A stretch of DNA of 63,547 bases, filler included, from Phoronis australis (GCA_002633005.1; 7 parts of 7 records of this genome joined end to end with filler, not necessarily neighbours in it), one strand, 5' to 3'. Counted from the whole stretch's first letter, positions 12,490-25,344 are shown. Translations and numbers: made by a program. Notes: generated by a model not told the origin, from the letters alone.

Positions 12490-13469
12490 CTAGTTACACA
12501 GTTGCTTCAGTGATTTTCTAAATGACTGTCCACCTTCCGACTCTGACAGACGTTTTGTCTCTTTCTTTAAAAGTTTTGCAACGGCAAAGCCTCTAACTGT
12601 CAAAAATATCTTGACCAGTATTTCATTCAAAATAGCTGGCTTGCCAGTATTTTCCCATATACTTTTTACGGCATGGTCGCACAAAATGTTTTCAGTCAGT
12701 CTATGCTTGTCCATTGACGTCCTGCTCAGTTGGCGAATGTCAACAGTTTTCCTCACAACAGATTCGTAATGCTGAATGAGCGATAAAAAGTGTGGTGACG
12801 GAACCTTCAGATTTCCACGAGACACTTTGGATATCCATGAGCAAGTTTTATCCACATTGTCACGGTGACATTCCCACCATTCACAGAGGATTTTCATTTC
12901 ACTAGCTAAGTGTTTTGGCGACTTATTGGGAGCAACTCTCAACAAGTACCCTGCAATGTAGGCCAGAGTGTAGTTGTCGTCATCTGTAAACTCCTTCACT
13001 ATTTCTTCACTCTGTTTGCGCATTCTGTCTTTGATTGCTACTACGACATCTTCAAAAAACTGAAGAAGAAATACCTGAACAAATTGACATATAAAGTCAT
13101 TGTCTTCTGGAAGGTGGCTTTGAAAAAAATTTAAAACACCTTCATCTGTTCGTAGACGATGGAATGCCGTCATCAATCTGTCAAAGTCCTGTGATGACGA
13201 AGTGCCAGACAATGAGTTTCTCAAGATATTTGCAAATTTGTTACTTATGAAACTGCAGTCAACTCCTGACTCTTCAAAAACTTCCGCTAACGCCACAACC
13301 TTTTTCCCGTGACTAGATGCTGCAGAATTTCTGAATGGGCAAATAATGATTCGGGTTAGTGTGCTGGGTAAAGTGTCGATTGCGATTGAAAGAAAGTGAT
13401 TTCTTGGTTGATCGCCCGAATGCTCCGGCGTTGTATTTTCCTTTTCAAGGTGTACCATGTTCTTGTGAG
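12490..13469 (-). CDS. Large terminal exon of an uncharacterised, probably transposon-associated protein (LxYIAGY...WxxxxSRGxLxxPS...TVRGF; P-element/THAP9 C-terminal-like)
   Basis: Longest ORF in the window (322 aa from the first Met). Acceptor ttttcag| at 13470/13469 is in frame with the ORF and phase-compatible with the zinc-finger exon. Minus-strand AATAAA at 12309-12314. Family assignment comes from motif recall. Confidence 0.7.
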
Positions 13470-13634
13470 CTGAAAAAGTACAGTCGGAAGTTAGAAACTG
13501 AAGACGAATCTTCAGAAAATATGAGTAGCCAACTTAACAATTTGAATGCCAGTCTAGAGGCAATTTTATTACTTTCGTAATCAAGATCAACACATTACTT
13601 AACAAACAAAATCCATTGTTGATTGGTTACTCAC

Positions 13635-13803
13635 CTTTCAAGTCTGGTCTTTCATGTTTTTTCACGACGTGTCCGCGAAAACCACTAACAGAACAGTAAG
13701 TTTTTGGACACAGGGGACACTGAAACCTGGGGCTCGAAGTTTTCTCAACAGCAGTCTTAGGTGGTGGCTCGCTGTCGTCTACTCCGCATTCTCCCTCTGA
13801 TGC
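13635..13803 (-). CDS. C2H2 zinc-finger exon, copy 1 (FQCPLCPKTYCSVSGFRGHVVKKHERPDLK), 5' part cut by the single-N join
   Basis: C-x2-C-x3-Y-x5-F-x2-H-x4-H pattern; AAAG|gtgagt donor, phase 1, splices in frame to 13469. Confidence 0.7.
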
Positions 13804-14231
13804 NTCATATCCGCATGAGCGAAGTCAATTATCCTCGCTCGTGACTCGATGAATAGAGCAGCTTGGCGGCATCCCGTTGAGCATGAGCCGAGCGCGTCTC
13901 AGCCAAGGTGGATAAATACGGTCTAGTTCAATTTTCCATACCCCGCCTGTTATCTTAAACACCGGGGTTAGAACCAATTTTATTTAGTGGGAATGTTCAT
14001 AGCATGATCGCCCGAATGCTCCGGCGTTGTATTTTCCTTTTCAAGGTGTACCATGTTCTTGTGAGCTGAAAAAATACAGTCGGAAGTTAGAAACTAAAGA
14101 CGAATCTTCAGAAAATATGAGTAGCCAACTTAACAATTTGAATGCCAGTCTAGAGGCAATTTTATTACTTTCGTAATCAAGATCAACACATTACTTAACA
14201 AAACAAAATCCATTGTTGAATGGTTACTCAC

Positions 14232-14500
14232 CTTTCAAGTCTGGTCTTTCATGTTTTTTCACGACGTGTCCGCGAAAACCACTAACAGAATAGTAAGTTT
14301 TTGGACACAGGGGACACTGAAAGCTGGGGTTCGAAGTTTTCTCAACAGCAGTCTTAGGTGGTCGCTCGCTTTCGTCTTCTCCGCATTCTCCCTCTGATGC
14401 TGGACTTGAACATGTCGAAATTATCATCCTCGGTGTAGTCACCTAATAACTGATCTAAATCTATATCACCCCACTTGATGAACTCTTCATTTCTCTGCAT
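14232..14500 (-). pseudogene. C2H2 zinc-finger exon, copy 2, with an apparent frameshift between the acidic N-terminus and the finger
   Basis: MQRNEEFIKWGDIDLDQLLGDYTEDDNF is in one frame and SSPASEGECGEDES...FQCPLCPKTYYSVSGFRGHVVKKH in another. Region ~14006-14400 duplicates ~13408-13803. Confidence 0.5.
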
Positions 14501-15544
14501 TTTGACATGAAAGTAAGCGTAATTCTTGAAAGATACAATTTTTGTGAGAGAGTAGATGAGGGCGAAGCCCTCAGACAGCTTCGCGAGATCGGAGGATCTC
14601 GCCTTCTGTCCTTGCTGTTGTTGGTGTGGACGCGGATCGAAGGCAAGACCTGGTAGGCCGGTGGTGGTAGAGGTGGTGTGCTTGATCTTCTTCTGGATAC
14701 GAGACGCTGGCTGGGTGGCAACAGCGTTACTGACATCGTAGAGGTGGAGCTGGCTTGATGGCAACAGCTTAGAGTTGGTTCACATGAAGCCGGTTTGCTG
14801 GCAACAGCTGTCATGCTACTGGTTGCTTGTCTTTATACTGCCCCGTCGGGACAGTTACCAGTGGCACAGGGCCCGAACCCTTAGTGCTCCGTTAGCAGGT
14901 TGTCACGAAATTTGGTTGTCTTTATACTGCCCCGTCGCCCCTTCGGAAAAGTTTGCTACAACTATACCGGAAATTGATTACTTCCGGTTAAAGATGGCGG
15001 AAATATCGGCGATCGCGCATGCGCACCTCGATTTTGGCCTAAAAACGTTTTCTCCTCTAGAGGGCGTATTATAAGACCAATTCCTTCGAATGTTTACAGG
15101 TATTAGTTTCTTATAACATGCTATTGTACAAAACCGAAAAACCGGAAGTTGCTTTCAAGATGGCGGATCTGGCGCATGTTGATCCATTTTCAGTCGTCTG
15201 GAGTGCGATTTTAAATGGGAAGAGAAAAAGACGTGATTTTTTGCATGTAGATTCTTTGCAATATAATCTTTCAAATGGCCTGTAACAATTTTTTTCTCAG
15301 ACTTACCGTTTTCGAGTTATTTGACTTTGAATTTCTTCAAAAAAAAACCGCAAAATTTCATTTTTTTTTCGAAAAATTTACGGAATTAAGCCATACCATC
15401 AGATTAGATAGAATTTTGAACCGGCTTTCAGAAGATGTTTTTCATTTTTCGCTAGGACGTCTACTTTTCGAGTTATTTGAGATTTTCTGATAACGCTGGT
15501 CCTTTGTTGAGCGCTCTTGCTACATTGATGTTGGTTTATCTTCT

Positions 15545-15870
15545 ATTGAACAAGACTGTAGCCTATTTCTTATTGATTTATGAAATCTAAGTTCATCATA
15601 TGAATGTTGTGATGTTGTTCATCATCGCCACCACCATTGTCATATTCGTCATCATCGTCATCATCTTCGTCATCATCTCCGTCGTTGTCTTTTCCGTTAA
15701 TTTCGCCAAGTGTCGCACAAGACTGTAGCCTTTTTCTTACTGATTTCGGACTTCTACGTTCGTCATGTGTATGTTATTATTACTCCATTGTTCATCCTCG
15801 CCACCATCGTCGTCATATTCGTCATCTTCGTCATCATCTTTATCGTCATCTTTTTGGTTAATTTCGCCAA
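15545..15870. repeat. Two diverged ~165-bp units containing (CAT/CGT)n low-complexity tracts
   Basis: caagactgtagcct..ttctta-tgattt occurs at ~15551 and ~15718, each followed by a tcatc-rich tract ending ttaatttcgccaag. Confidence 0.65.
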
Positions 15871-16324
15871 GGTTCGCTCCACGGAGCGTTTTCAGTTTTT
15901 GTCACTAAAACAAGATCTTAGTCTCAAGTTCAACAACCTGAGTCTGACAATGACAATGGTATGCCNNNNNNNNNNNNNNNNNNNNNNNNNNNNNNNNNNN
16001 NNNNNNNNNTTAATTAATTAANNNNNNNNNNNNNNNNNNNNNNNNNNNNNNNNNNNNNNNNNNNNTGGCTTAGTTGGGAAACGAGAAACTATACGAATCA
16101 TTCTTTCTGCTGTCGCTCCAGATGGTGTAGCAATGCAACGCGCCAGAAGACTGTTTGCGTACAGCGACACACAGGAAAATTATCGAGATACCGAGATAAT
16201 TGAATTAGGGTCTCAAGATCCTGAGGTAATATTTGTCTATAGATCTCTCTGTAGATTGCCGCCATTTTGTTATGCGCAAAGGATTCTGGGGATATTTTTG
16301 GAGTTCCTAGGCGATTCCCAAGCA

Positions 16325-17125
16325 TTACCACTGTAAAGTGCTAGGTGTTGGTGTGATAACCAAAGCGACCAAAACGAAAGGCACGTTCAAATCCTTGTAA
16401 ACATTTTGACTATCGCTTGCAGATTTAGTAAGGTGAAAAATATCCCCAGATACTCAAAATTTATTAATGATATGAGAAAATGGAACACAAATTTTTAATA
16501 TTCTGAGTTGTAGAAACAGGGCACTGAGTTTATCTGATTAACCGTTTCCCAGCAATGTCAGTTGATCCGTTTGCACCTCAAGTTATTTTGTATTCCATGT
16601 TAATGTAAAATCAACACCTGATTTGATTTCGGAAATATCCGAAAGCGCGCCCCGCCGACCGAATGTTCTTTTTCTAAAAGTTGCTAATGGAAATAAGTCA
16701 TTACTTCGGAGTTTACTTTTAGAATGCTAAGCATAACTGAATGCCACATGCATGTATGCAAGATCTTCCTTTAGGAGTTAGACTAGCGCAACACGTGATT
16801 CGTACTACTGACCCGGTCGGTTTGCTTTGATATCAACAGAAACTAAATATCTTTACGAACAAACCCTAAGATATCCGGTGACCAGGTGTTTCAATGGCAG
16901 AGGATCACTCTCAATATTGCAATTTAGTCTGCTTATCGCGTTCCAGGCTTCTTTACGTGACTTGCTGTAATTTGATGCTGCGTTTACACTTCGCTCTTTC
17001 TAAATATATTTCTATTACGTTATTCCCACCTGGCAAATTAGCGATATGCTTTACAAATTACGTAATAATCAAGTGAGCTTTCTTTTACTACAGGCCCATT
17101 GACCAGACATACCTATCAACACATT
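16325..17125 (+). repeat. ~800-bp near-identical duplication (second copy ~19970-20776); probable haplotype duplication
   Basis: Colinear with scattered SNPs; copy 1 ends exactly at the single N at 17126. Confidence 0.9.
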
Positions 17126-17234
17126 NTATGCTCAGGTATGGCTTTACTATCATTATTAGCGTAAGGCACCTTTGCAGTTTCTAATTGTCGAGACTAAGGT
17201 TCGCGCGTCATAACAAATAGTCAGACATTGATTA

Positions 17235-19510
17235 TTATTATTATTATTTATTTATAATAGTGACATAAGGATGACAGTAAATACATGATCTCAAAGACAG
17301 AATATTCACCACACCCCCAGCCTCAATGGGCTTACTCAGTCGCCTAATAACAACTAAACCACGACATAACATATTGAACACACTCAAATATGGCCACTTC
17401 AGACTAGTTTATGAACAAAGAATTGATTCTAGCCTGCAAAGCGTCTTGAATGAATTTCGCCAGACCTTTCAAGTTATTTTGGAATATTTAAGGTGGGGGT
17501 AAAATCCCGTATAAAAACGGTCAAATATATTTATATCGACCAATCAAAGATGAAAGGAACTTCATCTTTAATTCCGTTTTTACAAACACGACAAATCCGT
17601 TTATTCCCAGGAATTTCGAAGTACCGCCTCACCTGCAGGTAGAATACCTGCTCTCAATCGAGCTCTGACGAACCTCTGAGATACCGGCAGACGTAAATAC
17701 TCTTCTATACAAGTCATTCTTAACAGACCTATATAAGCAAAATTTTGGTTTCTTATTGATTATTTTTCATCAGTTTAACTCTTCTATCTGGAACCTGAAC
17801 GTTTTGAAGCTTTCAAGAGACACAATTTACTTATTCCTGAAATTTTCTTAAGAATCGCATTCATCCATAATTTCAAATATTGAACTTGACCAATTGCAGG
17901 AGTTCCGATGTTTTAAGTCCCATAAAAAGACTTTTTGCAATTCTGCTTTCAACCAGAGCCTTAGCATATTTTCATTTTGTTTTTAGTGTGAATTTGGCCA
18001 TCCTGAGTCCCCATAAAGTACTGCATTGGCATCATACTTGTGGACCCCTAAAAACATACGTAGTGCACTCGTTCTGATCATTTTGCATTTGGAATATTGA
18101 GAGTATCTCCCAAATTCCAGACCCATATTCTAGAATTGAAGCTACTGACATTTCAAAACATTTACTTTTACTTGTGAAACCCATGTTACCAATATTCCAG
18201 TTTGTACTTGCTCACCAGATCTCCCAACGCTCTAGACGAGGAATCTGCCAGTATCTCAGCTGTCAAACTGGAATTCATAAACTCATTTATAGTTACACCC
18301 AGAAACTTATAACATTCTCTTAACTTCACAATGCGATCTTAAAAAATGAAGGAAATTAAAACTCGTTCTTACATGTTCCTTCTTGAGAAAATGAACCAAA
18401 AAAGTAAAAAAATTTGCCACCTTGCACACCAATTACTCAACACGTTCAATAAATCCTTTAAATAGGTCGCATTACCAGAAAAAATCACAATATCATTTGC
18501 ATACAAGAGACAGGATAAATTACATCCATCAAAATTGATACTTTTGCTACAACTGTTTAAATCATTAATAAAATCATTTACGTAAATTGAAAACAATGCA
18601 GTCGACAGTTGATGTCCCTGCCTAACCCCTCTTTGTACTTTTTTAAATGTTTATTACGAAATCTTCAGAATACAATGAATATACATAACACAGAATGCGT
18701 CAAGAGGCATTAGATCTGGGTCAAAAATACAAAGAAGTCTATATACAGTTATTATACACGAATACATAAATTAAAAAAATGATGTTAAGATTACAATGAT
18801 ATACATGATTACAATGATATACATGATTACAATGACATACATGATTACGAATGTAAATAATTCATTTGCATACATATGTATACAATTCTATCCACTCACA
18901 CAAAGAGAATTGATGTTATAAAGAAATTCTGATACTATTTCGAATAAAACCTTATTTTCATTTGAATTGAGTTCTTGACATCCATATAGAAAAAAAAAAT
19001 TTGTTGTATATTTGCGGAATTTCAGAATAATTTTTTTAAACATTGGGGTGTTGTTCGAGTGTCTGGAAAAGCTGTACCCTCTGCTCCTTGCAGTTGGAAA
19101 AACTTGACTGACCTAATTGTACGCAGGCTTCGGTCTGGGCATACAACGATTTTACTGAGTGATAGGAATTTCCAACCACTCCTAAATTAATCAATTTTTC
19201 CAATAAAACGTTTAAATTCTATCCAAATGGTCAAAAGTTCGTTCCATATCGACGCATGTCGCAAAAGTTGGTCTATTACAAGCTATAATTCTATTTCTAA
19301 CAGTAGACGTAAGTGTAAACTCGAGGTCAAAACAAGACCCCCCTTTTCGAAAACCATTTTGTTCTTCATTCAGTCTTTGTTTGACAATCAGAAACTCGGT
19401 TAATCTCCTATTTAGTTCATTACAATACACTTTACTTGCACAGACGTGTGCCCCTATAGTTGAACGGTAAATTACAAGGAAATGATGACAAACCCAGAAA
19501 TCAAAAAGCA
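17235..19510 (-). mobile_element. Decayed non-LTR retrotransposon (LINE) reverse transcriptase and 3' end
   Basis: Fragments QNGFRKGGSC, CVDMERTFDHLDR (FxDxxKAFDxV-like), RGVRQG..LS..LFSIYVND and LLYAND (mutated YADD); stops and frameshifts; A-rich tail at ~17235. Confidence 0.85.
18640..19070 (-). mobile_element. 5'-truncated LINE 3' end nested inside the older LINE RT region
   Basis: Minus strand reads YGCQELNSNENKVLFEIVSEFLYNINSL (a typical CR1/L2 ORF2 C-terminus), then AATAAA and an A-run; it interrupts the host RT just upstream of RGVRQG. Boundaries approximate. Confidence 0.55.
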
Positions 19511-20779
19511 TTATATCTGGGATGTAAACAATTCATAAATGAAACTAATATACATAGAGGTTTATACATTAAAGTAGTATCTAATACAAATATCCCAATA
19601 TTTAGATATGCTATTGCGAACATATAAAAACAAAAACATGTGCAGATTTATGTAGGGAAATCAGATGCAGCAATATTGATAAACGGTACATAAAAAATTG
19701 CTAACGTTGCTTAGGAGGAGTTCAAATCCCTATCTGATCTTTTCGGTATAGGGGTGATAATCGCTTTATACCATCATGATAGAATAAATCCAGTGCTAAA
19801 GACCTTTTGGAAGAGCGAGACCAAAATATTAATCACCTCTGGAGATCTCATCGCTTCGTATGGGATCCCATCTATACCAGTGGCTTAACCGATTTTTAAA
19901 TTAATTTGCGTATAACAGAACAGANGGGAATCCTAAACCCCCCCCTTACTGAAAACGTAGATCCGCCCCTTACGACTGTAAAGTGCTGGGTATTGGTGTG
20001 ATAACCAAAGCGAACAAAACGAAAGGCATGTTCAAATCCTTGTAAACATTTTGACTATCGCTTGCAGATTTAGTAACGTAAAAAATATGCCCAGATGCTC
20101 AAAATTTATTATTGATATGAGAAAATGGATCACAAATTTTTAATATTCTGAGTTGTAGAAACAGGGCACTAAGTTTATCTGATTATCCGTTTCCCAGCAA
20201 TGTCAGTTGATCCGTTTGCACCTCAAGTTATTTTGTATTCCATGTTAATGTAAAATCAACACCTGATTTGATTTCGGAAATATCCGAAAGAGCGCGCCCC
20301 GACCGAATGTTCTTTTTCTAAAAGTTGCTAATGGAAATAAGTCATTACTGCGGAGTTTACTTTTAGAATGCTAAGCATAACTGAATGCCACATGCATGTA
20401 TGCAAGATCTTCCATTAAAAGTTAGACTAGCGCAACACGTGACTCGTACTACAGACCCGGTCGGTTTGCTTTGATATCAACAGAAACTAAATATCTTTAC
20501 GAACAAACCCCCAACCCTAAAATATCCGGTGACCAGGTGTTTCAGTGGCAGAGGATCACTCTCAATATTGCAATTTAGTATATTCATCGCGTTCCAGGTT
20601 TCTTTAAGTGACTTGCTGTAATTTGATGCTGCGTTTACACTACGCTCTTTCTAAATATATTTCTATTACGTTATTCCCACCTCGCAGATTAGCGATATTC
20701 TTTACAAATTACGTAATAATCAAGTGAGCTTTCTTTTACTACAGGCCCATTGACCAGACATACCTATCAACACATTTGA

Positions 20780-20985
20780 AATACTTATAGAACGACAAAA
20801 ACATGCATTTAGCCAAATTTGTTACACCCTCCTCACTCCTACCATTTGCCTCTATCACATCAAGGTAATCAATCAAAGTATGTATCATACAGTTCTCTCT
20901 CAGTCTTTTATAAAACAGACACTCAATAAGAAAGTGACAATCTGTTTCAATTTCTCCAGACAAACATATCTCGCAACACTTATAT
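20780..20985 (-). mobile_element. LINE ORF2 C-terminal Cys/His remnant
   Basis: C..CLSGEIETDCHFLIECLFYKRLR resembles the CCHC-type ExxxHFLxxCxxY tail of non-LTR ORF2. Confidence 0.5.
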
Positions 20986-21137
20986 ACTGTTGTAACTTCA
21001 CATTCACGGCCTTTTTCCAGTGTTAAAGGCTCAAATTCTTAATTTCGTCTGAACAATTCTATAGGCTCTAAATCTTACTGTGTCGAGATAACTTTCAAAA
21101 CATAAGACATTTTTAATATTTTTTAAAGAGTAATTTT

Positions 21138-21262
21138 ACCATAATCATCATACCACAACCATCATACCACAATCATCATACCACAATCATCATACCACAA
21201 TCATCATACCATAATCATCATACCATAATCATCATACCATAATCATCATACCACAATCATCA
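21138..21262. repeat. 14-bp minisatellite (ataccacaatcatc)
   Basis: About 8-9 tandem units. Confidence 0.85.
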
Positions 21263-21469
21263 ATACTGTCAAAAGGCAATTCTCACACATAAGATTTATT
21301 CGCATTCTAACTTAGATAAAAATGTATCAGCAATCAAAACTAGGTCATCTGTAAATGCTAAATGATAAAGTCTATTAATTCCAAGATTAGCACTGACTAA
21401 AGGGTCACTTTTAAAGTAATTTTATAAGTCTCCACGAGAGCATGTAGCAGCATATATTAATAAAAAACC

Positions 21470-21960
21470 ACGGTTTTAAATCGACTTGACGTGTTTCGGT
21501 GTCGTTTATTCAAACACCATCATCAGAAAAGAGAATATAGTTGCCACCTAGCTAGGCCCAGCAAGAATTACTGAAGCACAGACACAGTCAGTTACAGGGA
21601 GTGACAATAAACTAGATCAACAATGACAACCTGTGGTGTGCCAGTTGCCCAGTGTTGAGACTGGCCTTGCATCAACTGATGTGTAGAGCCTCATGTATTC
21701 TAAGCTCCTTTGTTGTTTATGCCTGTTCTATAGTTGCAAAGTAATTGAAAGAGCACTGCTGGTAACAATGATTGGAGATGTGTAGATGAATATTTACATG
21801 ATAACTTCCGTCAGAATTTAAATTTCCCTGATCCTGGTTTTCAGATGGCCCTAGAATTAGTCAATAGGGTACTGAAAGCAAGACTCCTACGTAACCCTGA
21901 TGATTTGCATCCGACAGTATGCTCCCCTCTCTTACATCATCTGAGCACTTAAAGTATTCC
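21470..21960 (-). mobile_element. Penelope-like element remnant (GIY-YIG endonuclease C-terminus and 3' end)
   Basis: Minus strand ELRIHEALHIS*CKASLN fits the LxIxEALxIxxxKPxLN motif; there is a YVG upstream and a ctgatgatgg...ccgaaacacgtc 3' motif typical of Penelope ends. Confidence 0.65.
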
Positions 21961-24077
21961 GAATATCTCTTTTTCAGACAAATACTTTTCAAAGTTTTTA
22001 ACTCTTAGTGGTGATTTCCTGAAAAAAGGTTCCCAACAATGCACTTCTACGAACACAGTCAAAGGCTTTGGAAAAATCTATGAAGACGCAATGCATTCCT
22101 TTACCTTACTTAGCTAACACAGACTGAAATAGTGTGTGGCAAATGTGCTGTAACCTTTGTTCTGTCCACTAGGTGTCTCTGGTAGTTTTTTTACAGAATT
22201 TGCCTAATCAACTACTCGCTCGTTCAAAATACGAGCATACAATTTTGAAACATCTGACCAAAAATAATTGTTCGATAATTATATGTCGTATAAACTTCCA
22301 CCTCCAACCATTTCTCTAGGAAGTAGCCAATATTAAACATCCTGTTGCTCAAGTTACAGAACACAACCGACAGTACTCAGTCTTTGTTCTCTTTATCCAG
22401 AACAGTTCTATTTTACTCACTAAATTCTAACCTTGGAAATAACGTTAAGAAATGGTCATAAAGTACTAGTATTAACAGAAGACGATCGGCACAACTTTTG
22501 CTTGAAGTCTCTTAGACAGGAGTTAATTCTTGACTACGCGTCTTAAAATTACTATTATTTGGGCTTTTTAATACTTACACAGTGTTTTCTCTCAGTTTTA
22601 GTTTTACTCATTACGGTTTCAACTCCCCGTCTGAATTCCTTTATTGATTCTTGCATGGAACGTTTCGCTTTCCGACATTCCTCCTCAAACCAAGTTGCAT
22701 CACCTCGTCAAACCAAGGTGCATCACTTTGTTGCCTTTTCGCCGGTAACCCCTTGTATTTCATTTCCCCCACATCTTTTCAGAATATTTATTTATGTTTG
22801 AAGAGTCCAGTTAATGTTCGCCTGAATAGTTGCTTCGTATTCATCAACTGCATTATTTATCTCGTCTGAAAATGATTTTTCAGTGAAGGCTCTCTGTATT
22901 TGTCTTTCAATTCATATTTGACAAGGGCACTTCGTGACTGCCAATATAATTTATGCTCCCAACAAAATGAAAGTGATCCGACTCAATCCTTTTGAATTAG
23001 AAATTTTTGACTGATTATGAGGATTTAACGTCATGACATGTTCATGAAGCCATTTTTCACACCGATAAATAATATCACAACCCTCACGATCCACGACCCA
23101 CAACCCCCTCGACCCAAAACGTTTGCCAATACATGTAGGTATATCTTTGCGCTTTTTACACATTTCAACATCAAATTACCTCGCTGAAAGACTTTCCTCA
23201 AAGACTTACCTAAAGGCGAATCTGCTCTGGCTCAAGTCTGGTGGTTAAAAAATAGAAAGTGGCGTAAGAAAGTGATAGAGGATTGTGCGCGTGCTATCGT
23301 TGCCACGGAAATAGTTGCACGAGCGGCTACCAATGGCCCCGTTCTACTAACTTACATGTACTGTAGGAAGAGAGCACGTTAACATGAATGAACCCATTCT
23401 CACATTTTTATTATTTGCTTTTTTGTATACTCGTTTACAAAATACCTCATGTAACGTTGGTATATTCTTTCACTTAACAGTTTGTTTTACTGAATAAATT
23501 GCAGTGCTCGTAGTTCCTAGCGCTCTCTCGGATACAAGTTGCGCCAGCTGAAAAGCATGTGATATGCAGTAAATTTGTGTTAAACGGGCGTATTTGCACG
23601 TAATAGGTGATTTTACAAGTCCGTCAATAATGTTCAGTCTAAACTGCCGCCAGTTTTAAATCAATGGCGATGAGCCCCGGTTTTTCTAGTTTCGTGAAGA
23701 ACAACAGTGTGTTGATTGCTTTTCTTTACAAAACTGGGAAAGATAACATTCACGATATGACACTACAAGCAGAGGCACATTTTCACTATATTTTTACTGT
23801 GACTATATTGCTCCCAGATATTTATCATGCTCAGGTCCACAAGCCGCAAAGATCAATCGTCCACTCCTGCTATCTCTATCAATCCCAGCAGGCTTTGCGT
23901 TGACTAATATCCGGACATGCGTAATCGTTAAACTTATTCAGTTGCAATTCCGCTCGGTAACTCGTTATTTTGGACATGCGCAGTGTGCGCCGGTTTACTG
24001 AGAAACAGTTGCAAACGTAACAAACATAATTCACGTCACAAATTAAAAAATATGTAGCTTGTTAGGGGTGGACGGAA

Positions 24078-24232
24078 ATGAGTTCTTCCAAGTTAAATAA
24101 ATCATGGCACCGGCCGGCGTTGCCGGGGACCTCGAAACAGGAGAAGGTGGCGAACTTGCAGTGGGAGACACAAGAGGCGAAGAAACTGAAATTGTACAAT
24201 AAAGAAGCGAACATAGCAGGAAGGGGCATAGC
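24078..24232 (+). CDS. Exon 1 of a small basic, helical/coiled-coil protein of unknown function
   Basis: MSSSKLNKSWHRPALPGTSKQEKVANLQWETQEAKKLKLYNKEANIAGRGIA; good start context (gaaATGA), GC|gtatgt donor, phase 2. Confidence 0.55.
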
Positions 24233-24267
24233 GTATGTAGAAGTTTTAAAGCTTGAAACAGCGTCAT

Positions 24268-24470
24268 TGATTTAGTTAATGGGAACTAGAGGTCATGGTA
24301 CTTCCAGTCGTTTGATGCACGTGCATTAGTTTAGTTTTATGGGAACTAGGGCTCATGATACTTCAGTTCGTTTGATGCACGTGCATTAGTTAAGTTTTAT
24401 GGGAACTAGGGCTCATGATACTTCAGTTCGTTTGATGCACGTGCATTATTCTAGCTTATGGGAACTAGGG
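24268..24470. repeat. 60-bp tandem repeat, ~3.5 copies
   Basis: atgggaactagggctcatgatacttcagttcgtttgatgcacgtgcattag repeats at 60-bp spacing. Confidence 0.9.
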
Positions 24471-24916
24471 GGGTATTAGTCGGTTCTCAAGTGTCACGTT
24501 TTGTGGAGACATTTTTGTTGATAAGTGAAGTTCATTATTAAAGCTGAAGCGACTCGCTCTAGCTGTTTAGTTGGCTTTACGCTAATCCAGTTAGTCTTTT
24601 AAAACTCTCACTAAAATCGGCCTCATGATAGTCCTTATCCTGACAAGATTCCCTTTTAGTTAACAATTCAGGTAAAACGTATTAGATGCGCAGTTTTCGT
24701 ATTCGCTATTATCATTATTATTCGCCCTTACTTACAGTGTACAGAAGCCAAAGGCCCGAAACACTGGCGAGGGTCTTCCTCTGAGGACTACCCTTGGCTT
24801 TGCAATCTTTTTAATCAATTGTCTCACTTAACTCTAGTGAAGCATTTTCGTGGATCGCTGATGATTAATGAGTTCTGGTTGGGGATCAAATGAAAGGACA
24901 AATTCAATTTTAGTCA

Positions 24917-24952
<36 letters not shown>

Positions 24953-25344
24953 CTAAAATTGAATTTGTCCTATACATATACATATATAAAGCAAGAAACC
25001 ACAATTTTAATGGCTTCAATCGTTGAGTGACCTACCATGCGATGCTACAAATCGTTTTCATGGGAGGCTATTATAAAACACGACTAAGTGGCGTAGGCAT
25101 ATTCACGCCATACATCAGAATGCGTTCAGAAAATCACCGTGAGCACCCGTGATTGCGCCGTAGAAAAAGTGGGAGTGTTGCGAAAAACAGTTCTCAATGT
25201 ACGTAACTTTTATGAGTCATTCTACCATAATGCTCCACCCATTATACAATGTTGCACCCATTATATCATACCGTTCCACCCATTATACCATAATCCTCCA
25301 CCCATTATCCATAACCTTCCACTCATTCTCGCCTCATTTTTCAG

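Noticed and set aside
22300-23170. Possible LINE ORF1 PHD-like and endonuclease remnant on the minus strand (C..KWLH)
   Set aside because: Too degraded to support beyond a vague resemblance.
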